In this document: positions 35,601 to 47,393 of the stretch, in pieces
Position numbering within the stretch: position 1 is the first letter of the stretch
How the letters are laid out: every line of letters begins with the position of its first letter
Source of the DNA: Podospora anserina
Lineage: Eukaryota
NCBI GenBank assembly: GCA_017654855.1
Contig: CM030335.1
Span: 2,604,001 to 2,668,000, forward strand
Length of the DNA stretch: 64,000 bases
Direction of reading: 5' to 3'
Translations under genes and position numbers: made by a program
The notes under the pieces: model-generated
Told to the model about the DNA's origin: nothing
Databases searched by the model: none
Seen by the model: only the letters and a program-made list of their open reading frames with translations

Positions 35601-38600
35601 TACAGGCTGGAAGGCTGCTGTTGATGTTGCATCAACCCCCTCCAAGCCATCGCCGAGAGGTGGTGTGCAAGGAACAGACACGGCTGCTGCCATGTCCAAC
35701 AGGACGACTGCACAACCACAACACAACCGCAAAAGGAGCAGAAGGCGAGACGAAACACTGGACCTCCGCTCCTCAACAGTGCCGCTCCTGCATTAGCGGA
35801 CTGCCTCTGCCTGTTCCTGAAAATCTGCCATGTGTTTTATGGAGGCCGGTGCCATGATGCAGACGCTTTGACAGACAGTCTGAGCGAGAGGGAGCAAAAG
35901 GAAGGATTCTGTGATGATTCTCGAAGGCTGGGCACGAAACTTTGACTCGTGCTAACTCTCCAACCCAAGCAAAGAAGCGACGATCTTGCCAACGACTTTT
36001 CGATCGAGCCACCCACATGGTTGACGTGGAACTCGATGCCTCCTCTTCACTGGCGCTGTTCACCAAGTTCAGATGACATGAATGATGCCCGGTTAAGGTG
36101 AGGGGGTGCTGTAGGATTGCTACACTACATACATAGTGTATGTTCCGGTCCAGGGCTGGAGGCATGTCGAAGGGCCTGGCAGCCCTGGCCTCTGTCTGGC
36201 TACAGCGAATGAAGAGGCGCGTCGTCTGGGGAATACCACCATAAACTGCACTAACAGCTCGGCCAATCACGCTACCTACTTTGGCGTTGTGCGAGAGCGA
36301 AGATGCTGCTGATGCGAAGAGTTACAGGCTGAGAGCTCCAACATGTCCGGAGCCCCGATTCCGTGATGCCGGCGACGAAGCCTTCCGTAATTGCCAGTGT
36401 TCACCTGCCATCTCAGTAACCCCATGTGTCGAAACTGCAGCCTTCGAGTTCGGCATTGTTACATACAGACGAAAACGATCATCAGGGTGACGAGGACAAG
36501 ACTCTGGTGAACCTGTTCCTGTCTTAAAAGAGGCGGGAAGCCAGTTGCGGGGGCCCGAACAAGTCTAGCACCCACTCCGTGTTTATGCCAACCTGCAACG
36601 CACAGACGACAGCAGAGCTCACAACGGAACTGTCGGGCATCCTGCAGTTTTCAATGCCGGGACAGGCCGTTGTTCGAGAAGCAGCTCACAGCAAAGCACA
36701 GCACACACAGACCTCTCCTCTTGCGGCTGACCGCCTCCTCGGAATTTTGTCGAGGCTTATATATCAATGCCACGATGAATTGATGATGAAAGAAAAGGAA
36801 AGCAAGTAATAATCAAAGGGGTTTGGGTCACATTCTGTTCCCAGCACCGGCAGCAGACCGGCAAGAGAGTAGGGAGAAAAGCGAATGTAATCCCCAGGAT
36901 GATGCTTGGGAGCTGTGCCGTTGCAAGATTTTGACAGGGTTTGATGAAAGAGACAGGCGAGGTAGAAGAGACTTTTGAAGCTGTACCTCCCCCCCATGTC
37001 GAATGCTTGCTCCAACCGCAAGCCAAGGGTTCTGACCAGCAGACGCAGACCACTTTCGGCACATTTATCCAGATGTCGTTGGACTCTTGGCGGTACCCGG
37101 TACTTCGCACCTCTGCCACCACGGTGGCCGCAGATATGCCAAGGTTGCATTCAGAGCTCCGTGCCCTGGACTCATTCACAGCATCACTTCAAGAAAGAGG
37201 AAAAGTAAAAATATATTTCACTTCCTTGCCAGCCACTAGCGGCTGCACATTCAATGCATCCACGGGAGGGCAAGCCAGCTCACCTGAACCCGGGACTGTG
37301 GTGAGTTGGGAGGGGGTAAACAGGAACCGACATGAAAAAATAAAAATATGAAAAAAAGCTCATCTCAGAGGGGAACGAGATTCAGGACCGCAAACGGCGC
37401 CAAGATGGCACTCCATCCATCGTCAATCAACCACCACTGCGGCGTTGGCATCTTGACCCATCCGCCCATCAGACACCCCGGTCTACGCTACGGATCGTGG
37501 ATACACACACACTGTTGCACCTCCCACCTCCCACCCTCCTCCTAGGTAGGGCAAGGTTGGTATTTAGAGGTGGTTTTGGCAAGGTAGCCAAGGTTAAAGC
37601 TGTGACCCTGGCCCTGCGTTCGATTCACAGGCAGAGGTCAATTATGACAAATTGGCAGGGCAGTCTTGTTCGTTCGCGACGGGAGGTTAAAATGGCTGTC
37701 TGGGACCGGGCCATGTCGCTTCCTTAGTGTCCAGCTCTATCTCGCTGCTCGGGCTCCCGTTCCCGTGCGCCGAACTACTCGATCCTGGATGCTTGCCTGA
37801 CTGGCGAGCGGTTGATGGCAGATGAAGAAATGGCAGGTTCGAGTTACGTTGGGGTGGTGAGACCCATGAGACCCTGCTAACGAACAGGCCAGGGTGACAG
37901 CCAAGCAGGACAGGGCAGCGACAGGGCACGCCTGGGAGTTCTTCGAACGGCCGCGATCAAGCCGGGAACGAATTGCTGGGGTACCCCCCCTGAAGCAATG
38001 TTCCCAGACGGGCATCCCAGGTCATCCACGCTGTCAGTGATGGGCAATACCACAGATACCCGGCTATACATCCACCACCACCTCACTTTGCCTGCTTCAA
38101 GGGCCTTGTTCGTCTTGCTCTTCTCTAAGTGGGTGGCACTTCGGCCCTGTATTTTCTTGTCATGCCTGCGCTACGACTTAGCATGCTGAGATAGGTAGCT
38201 ATATGTAATTCATCTGCCTCCCGGTCCCTTCCCCCGTCCCATCTCCCATCTTGTCCCATCGCATCATTCTCCATCGTGTGACCGGTTCCAGAAAATCATT
38301 CCCCATCTCGACCGGACCGTCCCCTGCCCACTGGACTCACCTTATATGCCAGCCCACATCAGACACACGGCATTGTCACCTTGACTTCGCCTGTCCCGTT
38401 CTCCGGATTTTCACTCTGCCATCTGTTCAAAAGTGTCCGCTGTTCACTTGCATCGCTGGACTATCCACGACTCGGCTAGGTTGAACACTCAAAGTTTATT
38501 CACCCCCGCCCCCTCCCACCCTCCCGAAGAACCCCGACCTGGTGTGTGTGTTTCCATCTTGGGTTTTCTCCAACCCAGCCTTGACGACATCGACATCCCT

Positions 38601-38890
38601 CGCCGCCGCCACAAGCGATACTAACTTCGGCCGGTCCAGGTCTCGGGGCATATACGCCAGTCAAAAGATTATCAACAGATTGTCTGTCTTGATCTGGCTT
38701 GCATGTGGGACACTTCTTAGAGGTGATAAAGACTACGGGCCCCAGAATCCGAAAACAGGACAACTCTGGAGAGGCGGATATCGGGGAATTAGGCCAGGAG
38801 GGACTTCCCAGCCTGAGACCACCAAGACGGGACGGAAGGGGTGCAGGCGAGAAGAAACGAGGGAAGGAACCCGGAAGGGCCTGGCCAGCT

Positions 38891-38935
38891 ACGACACTGA
38901 ACGATACACTGAACGACACACACACACTGAACGAG
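38891..38935. repeat. Three tandem copies of ACACTGAACGA upstream of the velvet gene
   Basis: acgacactgaacgatacactgaacgacacacacacactgaacgag. Confidence 0.75.
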
Positions 38936-39646
38936 ACTCCGTCTGGTTGCATCCACTCACCCATTCTCACCCAATCCGCATTCCTCCACTCACACCTACC
39001 ACCTACCTTACCTTCTCAACCGTTCAAGTACCCCCCCATCTGCACCTTCTGCAGCTCACCTGCATACACCTGAAGCATCCCAGCATTCAGGTTGGCTTCA
39101 CGTATCGTATGTGTCTTTTATACCATACCTATACCTATACCTCCTCCCCTCCCCTCGCCCCCCTTCTCCTTCCTTTTCTCCTGCCAACCCCCGCCTTCCA
39201 GTTTGTAGACAGTACCGCTGCTTTCTGATCCAGTCTGGGCTGCGTCGGAGGCTCAAAACCGTTATCACAGAGCTGTGGCTTCGTTTCCGTGGTTCTTCTA
39301 TTCTTTTTCCTGCCCCGACTTACACAGTGTAGCAGCAGTTTCTCAGACACCGCATCTTCGACAATATCAGCCACTACCAACTCTAAAAAAAAAAAAACCC
39401 TCGTGACCACTCCCTCCACATCACAAGCTCAAACAATTGCGATAGCTTGCCCTACTCCACCGAACCGTAGCGCTCCTTACACTTTTCTCGCGCACACACG
39501 GGTTAACTGTGGTTCCCTCCAAACTTAACCACCAAGTTTCGACCAGAAATAACCCATCCTTGGGACGACGTTGTTACCACTCTCAATTAGTTTCCCGCCC
39601 CGTCTCTGCACCGCACTGGAGCGTAGCCAGGCCGGCCACCGACAAG

Positions 39647-40926
39647 ATGATGGCAGGACTCGCAGCCCAGGATTATCAGCTGGAAATAAGACAACAGCCC
39701 AAGGCAGGCTGCGTGGCTCTCACGAAAGGAAAAGGTATGGAAAATTGCGCGCTGCTCTGAACACGCAGCTTACACTCGTTGTGACAGATCGCCGACCACT
39801 GGATCCTCCTCCAATCGTCCAGCTCAAGGTCTCGCCGAGGTTGGATCCCACCCAGAGGTTTCTCCAGAATCCTTACCTTATCCTCATCGCCAAACTGGTT
39901 CCCAAGGATGGCGAAAATGATGAGCAACAACGGCGAACCGAAACCAAAGGGGGCGACTTGGCCGGGACAGTCGTCTCCTCTCTCTACAACCTCAAGGATA
40001 CCGATAATACCCAGGGTGGATTTTTTGTGTTTGGGGATTTGTCAGTGAAAAGAGAGGGCTCTTTTCGACTCGAGTTCACCCTCTTCGAGCTCAGATCACA
40101 GACCAAAGACTGCTGGCAACTCTCCAGCTGCATTTCGGACACTTTCCAGGTTTATGCCAACAAGGCCTTCCCTGGATTGCAGGAATCGACATTTCTGACC
40201 AGGACCTTCAGCGACCAGGGTGTCCGGCTACGGTTACGAAAGGACTCGAGGACGGTTGTTCAGAGCAGAAAGCGCGGTGCCAGCGGTGCGCCCCAGGTTG
40301 ACATGAAGCCGCAGTCGATTGGTTACATGCATGGTGGAAACCACGACTTGAGTCCCAATGGCCAGCAGCACCACGGCAGAAGGACTAGCGCTCTGGAGTT
40401 CGATAATGGAAGCTACGACTTTGGATATGACCCCCGAGGCGGCAAGCGCATGCGACACAACAGCTCGGCCGGCAATCACCCCGGCTACGACAGCGGCTAT
40501 TACACCCATCATAACCCAAACCCTAGGACGATACCAGAGCCCATGGTGTCGGCTGCCTTTTCCAACGGCATCCCCATGACTACCAGCTACCCAGTGCATA
40601 CACAGCCTGCCATCTCTGGAATCTCTATGCGCCCTAGTATGGCAGCTTTCCCGCCTCTGCATCCGCTTGACACGCAGATCTCGCCACACTCTGCCGGCCC
40701 GAATTCAGCATCGTCAACCTTCTCTCCAGGCACGAGCTTCTCTCCAGGCACGAGAAGGTCTCCCCTCTCAGCATACCAATACCCGAACACACATCACAAC
40801 ATCTATGGCTCGCCCACTCATATGAATTACCAGACGACTTCAGCACAGCAGCCAATGGCTCAGCATGGTGACATGGGGTTGTCACTTCCACTCCCAGGTA
40901 TTGACCTTGGCGACATTGAGAAATAA
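39647..40926 (+). CDS. vosA: Velvet-domain regulator, VosA type, 2 exons: 39647-39734, 39788-40926
   Basis: N-terminal velvet domain: YQLEIRQQP..., K|DRRPLDPPPIVQL, LAGTVVSSL..LKD, GGFFVFGDLSVK.EG.FRL.F.LF, FPGLQESTFLTR.FSDQGVRLRLRK. An NLS-like RKR and a long disordered C-terminus follow. Intron GTATGG..CAG. The start codon and the VosA versus VelC subtype are inferred. Confidence 0.85.
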
Positions 40927-42573
40927 GGGCTCACCCGCCTGGCTTTTCCTTTTGCTCTTGCGGAGCTGAGAAGCGAGTATATCGCCGACTAATCCCCCTT
41001 TCGCTGCGTCCGTATTCCCTGACTCTTTGCATTGGATGGAAAAGAAAATTGAGTGCACGGTTCTACCACATATGAGATTGGAAGTGGGAAAAGTGCAAGG
41101 GTAGCTTTTGAGCTGGGACTTTCTCTTTCTTTTTTTATTTTCTTTTATTTTACTGAATGGCTGTCTGGAATTCTCGGTGTTATAAAGGCAAACGATATCC
41201 TCTCTGTCGGTTTCTTTTGTCGGTTGTTGGGTCTTGGGTTCGGTCAAGCAAATGGGCATTGGAGAGAGCAAAGGAAAGAAAGCACGATTCCCCGGGGTAC
41301 GGTGTAATTTTCTTGCAGGGTTCATATTTCATCTTCTCTTGTTACACTTTTACTCAACACCACTACCAACATCGCACACCTTCACTTTGTTCATGGCATT
41401 CTTCGACTTCTTCCGCCAAGGAACCATCGCTTCTGCCTCTTTCTCCCACTCTTTCTCCGCCCACCGCTTTTACGAAGTCATGAGAGATCACTTGTTTCCC
41501 GAGAACGGAGGGAGCAAGGTCATGTTAGCGAAGCAAACGAGTAAGCTGCGAGTTTGGGTTGGTCGTTGGCTTTTGAGTGATACCCCTCCGCGAATTTGGT
41601 TATGGTTATTTCTGGTGGCAAGGGAAAGCGAAAAGGGAAAGGGAAAAGGATTATGCTTACCAGAGAGGGAGAGCTATCAGGGGGAGGTAATTAGTGGGTA
41701 GGGGGAAGGAAGATGGTGATGCTTCCGAGGCTGAGGTTTCTTGTTTTGAGGAAGTTGTCCTGTGCATGTTGGGTTATACCTAGTCAGCGTTGGTAGGTAT
41801 TAGAGAATAGTACCTGGTGGAATCACCGTAAGAAATATGGTACCGCATGCATGGGGCTTATATATGATAAAATCGCAGCTTGGTGTCCTGGTGATGTGAC
41901 GTTTTTAAAGGCGGAATATGTGCTTAATGCAGATGTGTTTGGCACAGGATGACCCCCCCCCCAAAAAAAAACCGTGTTATGTGATTGGCTGGCTTTAATT
42001 TGGCTAGCTCTGATTGGACGGCTAGGATGGGGCTTTTCTCTTCTATCAACGGCGATTAGATAGATATGTAGATGGGGATCCAGCTCATCGACCGAGACCG
42101 ATACTGTACGAACCTTTCCTATCTTTGCTGAGTCACGAGGGCTGGAACTTTCTGCTTTGGATGGACTCGGTCCTTTTCCCCCACATGGTAGAAAGCCATT
42201 TCACGAGGGGGCGCCCGGGCTTTTGGAGGCTGAATTAAAGTTTTTGACGGGGCGTGGAAATCTGACGGGTTGTCAAACCTAGGTGTGGAGGTGCGGGGCG
42301 GCGGCGGCGGCGGGGTTGGGATGATGGCTGATGGTTTCCAGGTTGGCATGTGAATATGACGGGATGGATTTGGAAGTAGGAATTAGTAATTGCTCTAGTG
42401 ATAGTACATACGTTATCATTGGGCTTGTCATGCCCCAGTATGTATTTTCATCAGGAAATATCTCATCTATTCTCAAATATTGGTAGAGTTTCACGTATAT
42501 CAACGCCCCCGGCATCTTCTACTCGTATTCTGCCTTTTCTTCCCCAAGTCATTACTTTGATCCATCGCCCAAC

Positions 42574-43771
42574 TCAAACCCCCCACCTCTGCCTCAACGC
42601 CTCATAAACCGTCCCATTAATCGGCAAAACACTCCCGTGTCTCAAATTCTTCGGAAAGTTATTCCTGTTGCTCCCCACCCACCCCGAATTAGTCCCCGGG
42701 TTCGTACTCTCAAACGGCCTGTACCCATCGCTCCCGTAAAAGTCCAACAGCAAGTGCACCTTCCTCGGGTCGACATTGTCCAGATAACTCGCCGGCCCTT
42801 CCACCCCCGTCTGAATAATCGCCCCGTCACCCCCCGGTCTGGTCCACGTGCCGAATAACCCATTGTTGGACACCTCCACAAAGACCGTCTTTCGTGTCTC
42901 GTCTTTCATGAATCGGAGGAAGGAGGTGGGGGATAAGGGGAGGTAGTTGAGGTCGATGATGTTGGTGGGGTTCTTGTCGATGAGGGTTTGGGGAGCCGAG
43001 AAAGTTTTAAAGTCGGAGGTGTAGGCGTAGCGCATGCGGATGTTGGTTGGGTTGCCGGTGTGGCGGGGGTCCGACGTGGGGTACTATGAGTGGTGAGGAT
43101 GAAGTTTATTTTGTTTGGGGGAAAGGGGGAAAGGTACAAATTTGGAAGCCCAATGAACGAGGTATTGCCCCTTGGCAGGATCCCAGATTGCTTCTGGGGC
43201 CCAGACCATACCCGCTGTGGCGTCTTCGACGGTGACGAGTCGCTCGTTGGTCCAGTTGATCAGGTCGGTGCTTTCCCAGACGAAAATGCCTCGGGAGCCG
43301 GTTCGTTGGGCCGCATCCCAGGTTGTCTGGTTTGTTGTCAGTCTGTTGAGGCACTTGCATCTTGGTGTCCTATTTGCTGGAACATACTCTCCCAATGTGA
43401 AGGTCAGTGCCGATGATATACCACTTCCTCCCTGATTCGCTCCCACCGCCAGGAACAATTGTAGGGTCTCGAACACCAGTAGTCCCCTTGGTCGGCCTGA
43501 TAACTGGCTGTCCTCTATTCAACGCTCTGAAGGAGAGAGCATCGTTGCCGTTGCTGAGGTAAAAGTAGACATAGGGGTCGGCCCCAAGGAAGAAGGCGCC
43601 CAGATATCCAGCCAGGTTGTTGGTCTGTCGCTTTGTTACATCCACTCCAAGGTCGGCAAGGTCGAGAAACAGCCCCCCAGAACCGCGGCTCTTGATGCTT
43701 GCCGCAAGAGACGACCAAGTAAAGAGGAGAGCAGCTAGTGCCCAAAGAGCCTTGGGCGTTGCCTGCACCAT
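42574..43771 (-). CDS. Secreted GH43-family glycoside hydrolase (arabinofuranosidase/xylosidase-like), 3 exons: 43771-43388, 43326-43138, 43083-42574
   Basis: Signal peptide and KR propeptide site, motifs GVRDP, WYIIGTDL, WESTDL.NW, WAPEAIWD, NIIDL, VEGP and RHGSVLP. Two GT..AG introns join HIGR|TTWD and SKF|YPT. Confidence 0.9.
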
Positions 43772-44029
43772 GGTAATCGTGGGGCGGGTACAGTGTTACC
43801 ACGAAACAAGTACCCAACGACCGGCGTACATAAAGAGTCCCAGATACCCGGGTGAGATCAGATGTAGACCTGCAGGAACCCGGCCGCGACTGGACCACGG
43901 TCTTTATATGCTGCTCAAGGCAAGCGCTCCCATCCATCTCTTCCCATCATGTGGTTCTGGAACCGCTCCCGTCAGCGGTATAGAGCATGTTCCCCACAAT
44001 CTGTGGTCCGGGGAAAAGATGGGGTAACA

Positions 44030-44079
44030 TTTAGCCATGATCTACTGAGGAGGAGGACGACTCGATCCTCATGGCTAAA
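44030..44079. promoter_or_regulatory. Inverted pair of XlnR/XYR1-type GGCTAAA sites in the GH43 promoter
   Basis: TTTAGCCATGA (44030-44040) and TCATGGCTAAA (44069-44079) form a perfect 11-bp inverted repeat 260-310 bp upstream of the ATG at 43771. Confidence 0.65.
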
Positions 44080-44478
44080 GTCTCTCCATATTGTTTCGGC
44101 TTTTCCCGCTTTGGTGTGACTGCGTGCCCATCTGACGAATCTCCCCTCTTGCGATTGCTGGAATTACTTTTTTTGCGCGCTGAACCACAGTTGAATGGAC
44201 GGTTCGTCATGTATCGAAAGAATCCTTGGCAGATTTGATACTGTGGACCGCATGGATTCGTGGAATAATTTTCCGATGGGGTTGTCGAGTTGTATTTGAG
44301 GGTCGGTTTTGACTATGGCTGGGGGCAATGCGGGGGTCGGCAGTTGGAGATCATCGTGTTGACGAAGTCTCAAGACCACTTACAAGCGCTCCAATAGTTG
44401 TTCTTGCTTTTGTATTTTCCGACATTTTCTATGTGATTGAGTTCCGACCACAACTCCTCATAAAAGACAGCCGTTGAT

Positions 44479-46736
44479 TCATGTTTGATCAAATCCAAGT
44501 TCCTCGTCCAAGACTGTATGATGGTCTGTCGTTGATATCAGTTCGATCCTCTTGCCCCCGGGTTTTCGGGCGTTATTCAGCATCGCCTGGAAGGCATTGA
44601 TACGAGCTTCGAGTGCATTTTCAGATGTTATTGACTGTTGGGAGCTGTGGGGGTATATTCCATCGAAATCCTCGAAGCTCGCATGTTCCCTGATTATGAT
44701 ATCGTCGTCCATTACAACATCATCGTCCGAGTTTGATCCAGAAGGAGAGGGTTGGGGGGTATCAAGCGCTGAAGCTGAATGTCCGTTGGCATCCATAACT
44801 GGAAGCTGTTGATGAACTGCTGACAATTCTGTTTCTCCAGCAGGCACTTCCAGTATATGTCGTTGCGAACTTTCCGTGGAAGCGGTCGTGGCCTGTGTAT
44901 CCAGCATATCTTGATCGGCACATCCTAGCTTCGCACGTTTTCTGAGGATAACCTTGTCGTGTCGAAACACACTGTCAGAACACTGTGCCCCAAAGAGACC
45001 CTCGATGGTAATGTCTTCCTCGATCCACCGCCGTAAATCGACAGTACAAGGCCAAATATCTCTGGGCTTGAAGGCATCTGTCAGTTCGCAGAGCTCAGGG
45101 AATGATGAGTGGCGAGAGTATGGGAATGTTATGGTTCTTGGAAGCGCCACTGCATTCGATTCATTCAGTGAATGCTGTTTGTTTTGTGGCTTCAGTTTCT
45201 TCGTGATCGCATGAAGCCCATCGGCAAGTTTAATTTCGTCCTTGTCCTCGAGAGCTGACCGTTCAAGATCAAGAGGTACTTTTCGCCCACTCGCAACGGC
45301 ACCCAGGAGAAAATGACGTATTTGCTCTTGCATCGAATTCGACACCTCCTCTGTATCACAAAGTCTGCAAATGTCAGTCAAGACTCGGCTCTCAGCACAA
45401 GAGAACGACTCACATTTCCAGAAGAGATCCTATATCTTCCAGAAATAGGTAATCTAGTTCTGCCTCCCTCTCCAGGTCCTCTCCGCCGCCACCGACACCG
45501 AGCTCTGCAATATCTTGTCCATTGGGGAGACGCGTAACGATGGGCTGGATCCAGACCACAGAAGAGAGGTCTTTCTGCACAGTTGGGCAGTAATTTCCCT
45601 TCTCGCAGCTATGCAGTCGGACGTTCTGATCGAGTGTGAGACAACCTGAGTGGTAGGTATTTCCACACATGAATCCGACAAGGGCAGGGGCTTCATGAGA
45701 GAGGTGAAACTGTGTCCCGAATCTGTTGTCGGTATCCTTGGCCACGAGAGATTGATAAATTGACATCTTGTAGTCATCCACATGAATCTGTCCCAGCATC
45801 AGCCAGAGCCTTTTGCTGACAATGAGAAGCTCGTACCTTGGTTTTAAGGGCTTTGGACAATACGATCCAGACGTCTTCGTAACTGTGCTTGAGTTAGCAA
45901 GGTAGTACACTGGCTCCTGTCAAAAGATGTACCCGTATGTCCAGGCTTGAAAGTGGAAGATGGTGTCTTTAGGGTACTTTGACACCTTCTCCAGCAGTTC
46001 GCGAATGCCCTCAGACTTTGGAGGAAAGTCGACGTCATCGACAAAAGACGTATCAATATAAATTGTATCCAATGTCTTGAGCCCACAAGAATACTCAATT
46101 AGCGGTGGTGATCTTGCTATGGCACTCACGAACCACGGCTCGCTTCTGATATCACCGGTGTAAAGCGCTGCCTTGCCTCCACCTTCGAACACTACGACTG
46201 TCAGTATTATGAATAAGATGGCGGAGCATTCTGGCAGACGTACGAAACATAACAGCGCCGGGGCAGTGGTTCGCATTGAACAAGGTAACTTGAATGCGGT
46301 TGCCTGGCTCGAGCTCCAACACAGTGGGTGTTTCTAAAGGTAGCGGCTTCTACAGTTCACTCAGTAATCGTGTCGCCCAGTGGACAAACTCGAGACTCAT
46401 ACCAATAGGGTCTTGAGGTGACGGTATGTTTGGACTCGGGCCTCTAAGATGCCCTTGGCGTAGTTGATGCGACATGGAAATCGTTCAAGCCGAAGGAGCA
46501 TCTCTTTAGTGGCCGCGGAACAATAAACACTGGACATCTCCAAGTTAGAATTATCCAAGAGAGCGCAATCATAGGGAAACATACAATGGTGACCGTAAAG
46601 TCTCCAGACCAGCGAGGTGGTCGCTGTGGATATGGCTAAGAAAGCAGGCGAGTGGAGGGCGGAGATCTGGGTGGGAGCGAAAGAAGTCGACCCTGATGTC
46701 CGGAAATTCGGCTACTAATCCATTGAAGGTCGACAT
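44479..46736 (-). CDS. DCLRE1C: Artemis / DNA cross-link repair 1C (metallo-beta-lactamase, beta-CASP nuclease), about 7 exons
   Basis: The ATG at 46736 gives MSTFNGLVAEFPDIRVDFF...CFLSHIHSDHLAGL (HxHxDH), then VYCS.ATK, ANHCPGAVMF, LYTGDIRSE, IYIDT, WTYG|YE and FPYSRHSS..EL. Several short GT..AG introns, the first donor at 46584. Confidence 0.92.
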
Positions 46737-47393
46737 GACTGCTGTGTCTTGCTGAAGAAGTGGACTGCCTCATGATTGTTTTCCTACTCCAAAGTGGCCG
46801 TCTGAGTGTCCCCTGGCAGTTCCAGGCGAGACAGGAAAGGATGATGCTTGTCGTTGAAGCTCCAGCCCCACACAAGCTATCGACGCTAAAAAAGGCTCGT
46901 GCCCCGCCCCCGCGTTTGGTGTCGCCTGCCAATGCAGTCTTGGCCTTCCAAAGTTCCTCGTCTTCAACTTGGCATCTGTGCTCTGTCAAGCCACCGAGTG
47001 TTTAGGATGATCTGTTGGACTGCCACGATTTCCTACTCCAGAGACACACTGCTAGATCGGGATATTTCCCTATCTCCTCGCATTGCACTGCGTTGCACTC
47101 ATGACGCATGTCCGATGAAATATTGGAGAAACGGCCAGCAGACATTGGCCCAAGCGCCCCCGCTATTCCCAGGATGGCAGCCAACGGTGCATCAGCGTCA
47201 TCTTCAACCCCTGGGCTATCGCTGGCGGCTCTCTGGCGGCACCGATCCGTTTCATATCCGGCGCTGTTAAGGAACAGCAGCCCGCCCGCCCATCCATCAT
47301 CGCCATGCTACATTTCATCCAAACTCCCGTCCCAATCACTGCATCTTTTGTCCCTCCATCGCTGGGCTTCCGCGTCGCTTGATCCCCCAAGTC

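Noticed and set aside
39571..39787. N-terminus of the 451-aa ORF as listed in the ORF track
   Set aside because: It reads through an intron. The velvet N-terminus (YQLEIRQQP) is in another frame and joins by splicing 39735-39787.
46268..46282. Artemis NANH instead of the common DANH, as a possible A-to-I editing site
   Set aside because: The metal-binding His is intact, this position varies in the family, and the -1 base is C rather than the U preferred by fungal A-to-I editing.
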